Origin: a virus
Lineage: Duplodnaviria; Caudoviricetes
Virus record (IMG/VR): IMGVR_UViG_3300032321_000180
Coordinates: 1-46,635 of that record
Reading direction: 5' to 3' (one strand)
Length of the DNA stretch: 46,635 nucleotides
How positions within the stretch are numbered: position 1 is the first letter of the stretch; each line of letters begins with the position of its first letter. This document shows, piece by piece, positions 45,838-46,635 of this stretch. The position numbers and the translations under genes were made by a program. Below the pieces are notes generated by a model. That model saw only the letters and a program-made list of their open reading frames with translations, had not been told where the DNA came from and did no database searches.

Positions 45838-46241
45838 TTTGCAGCCACGCCTTGAATCTTCTCAGCGGTACGCATACCACCCAGACCTAGCATACCCAGC
45901 AGTAGCGGCATCATGGTTCCGGTGTCCATTTGTGGAAACTTTACGGGATGACCTGCCAGCGCAGCGCCCCACTCGGCCAATGGGCCAATAACAAATTGGA
46001 CAGCGAATCCAGCACTACACACCCACCCAACGCTAGGACGCCATCCTGATACGAATATGCTAGAGCTTGCTGCCTCCGCTTTGTTGATTTCCATTTGCCC
46101 AGTGATCTGGGCCAACTCGCCGTTCTGTTGGAGCTTCATCAACTCCAGCTTGGCAGCGGCTTGCTGCGCCGGGTCAGGCAACACTCGGTCTAGGACTTTG
46201 CTGCCAACTTCAAATAATGCTGTTACGGGGTCAAGGGCCAT
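45834..46241 (-). CDS. Holin (3-TM, GTA-type)
   Basis: IN..EA.S.S.FVSGWRP..GW.C; LLGMLGLGG.RT.EK..GV. Confidence 0.85.
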   Translation of the reverse strand: MALDPVTALFEVGSKVLDRVLPDPAQQAAAKLELMKLQQNGELAQITGQMEINKAEAASSSIFVSGWRPSVGWVCSAGFAVQFVIGPLAEWGAALAGHPVKFPQMDTGTMMPLLLGMLGLGGMRTAEKIQGVAAK

Positions 46242-46473
46242 GCTTAATCTCCTCGTCGTGGGATAGCTTCACGCCAGCCAATAAGCCAATAAAGCCGCCG
46301 ATGATGGTTTGAAATGCTGGGCTTATCAGCTTGAAAATTTCCGTGTTGTCCACTTCTTTTGACCACAGGCCAATTAATAGCGCACTAACCATAGCTAGTA
46401 CAGATAGGCATAGGGTTGCGCTGACCATGAGCGTCACTGCAAAGGTTAGCCGTGCTTTGATGTTGTCGTTCAC
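46231..46473 (-). CDS. Small two-TM membrane protein (lysis region)
   Basis: GTG start at 46473; two hydrophobic helices; PAFQTIIGGFIGLLAG. Confidence 0.6.
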   Translation of the reverse strand: MNDNIKARLTFAVTLMVSATLCLSVLAMVSALLIGLWSKEVDNTEIFKLISPAFQTIIGGFIGLLAGVKLSHDEEIKHGP

Positions 46474-46635
46474 TTTTTCCCCGCTTTCTCTATGATTTTT
46501 GCGCGTAGCAAAGGACTGTCTGATGTACCTGCCCACTCTGGCAAGGCGTTCCAAATAAGGACGTAATCGTCCGAGCCACATGATGTCTTATCCAGCCACG
46601 CCAGCATGGCCTTGTGGCGCTCCGCTGGGTCGTGC
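46470..46635 (-). CDS. Hypothetical protein, 5' truncated by window edge
   Basis: Own translation ...HDPAERHKAMLAWL...IWNALPEWAGTSDS..LRAKII; stop overlaps the next start. Confidence 0.55.
   Translation of the reverse strand, partial: HDPAERHKAMLAWLDKTSCGSDDYVLIWNALPEWAGTSDSPLLRAKIIEKAGKK

Noticed and set aside
1-46635. Complete circular genome, terminal repeats, or alternative genetic code
   Set aside because: The ends cut unrelated ORFs and share no repeat; all core genes are intact under the standard code.

Overview
The window is a near-complete genome fragment of a tailed dsDNA phage with P22/podovirus-like virion architecture. The two ends do not join and both cut through ORFs. The gene content suggests a freshwater betaproteobacterial host, but this is an inference. 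Almost all genes are on the minus strand. One arm runs lysis genes (3-TM holin, M15A endolysin), adaptor, fibre, nozzle, four ejection/internal proteins. The other runs Cro-like HTH, DUF1376/YdaU-type initiator, loader, RusA, many small early genes, tRNA-Met(CAT), TerS, TerL, a ~550-nt structured non-coding block, a 2258-aa polyvalent protein, portal, GroES, HNH-type endonuclease, scaffold, decoration protein, major capsid protein and further head genes. A short plus-strand operon encodes an SSB-like protein, a wHTH protein and a PD-(D/E)XK nuclease. No integrase, CI repressor, CRISPR array or reverse transcriptase is visible. Most notable observations: (1) The giant protein is a string of enzyme modules (three ART-like, one HDxxGH zincin-like, one PcfJ-like, one glycosylase-like). 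The major blocks are delimited by a recurring [M/K/L]-A-x-G-G motif, often followed by a basic amphipathic helix. The same motif occurs ~13 times in a head-region protein and clusters at the C-terminus of the largest ejection protein, suggesting a motif-addressed polyprotein processing/packaging system. (2) A C4-like antisense/attenuator RNA, whose own leader is complementary to both of its loops, sits directly upstream of that gene. (3) A 19-bp operator (GTNTAA-N7-TTAAAC) is readable at seven promoter sites, plus a triplicated promoter cassette that flanks a stand-alone sigma70 region-4 protein. All protein assignments come from motif recognition and synteny, not database searches.
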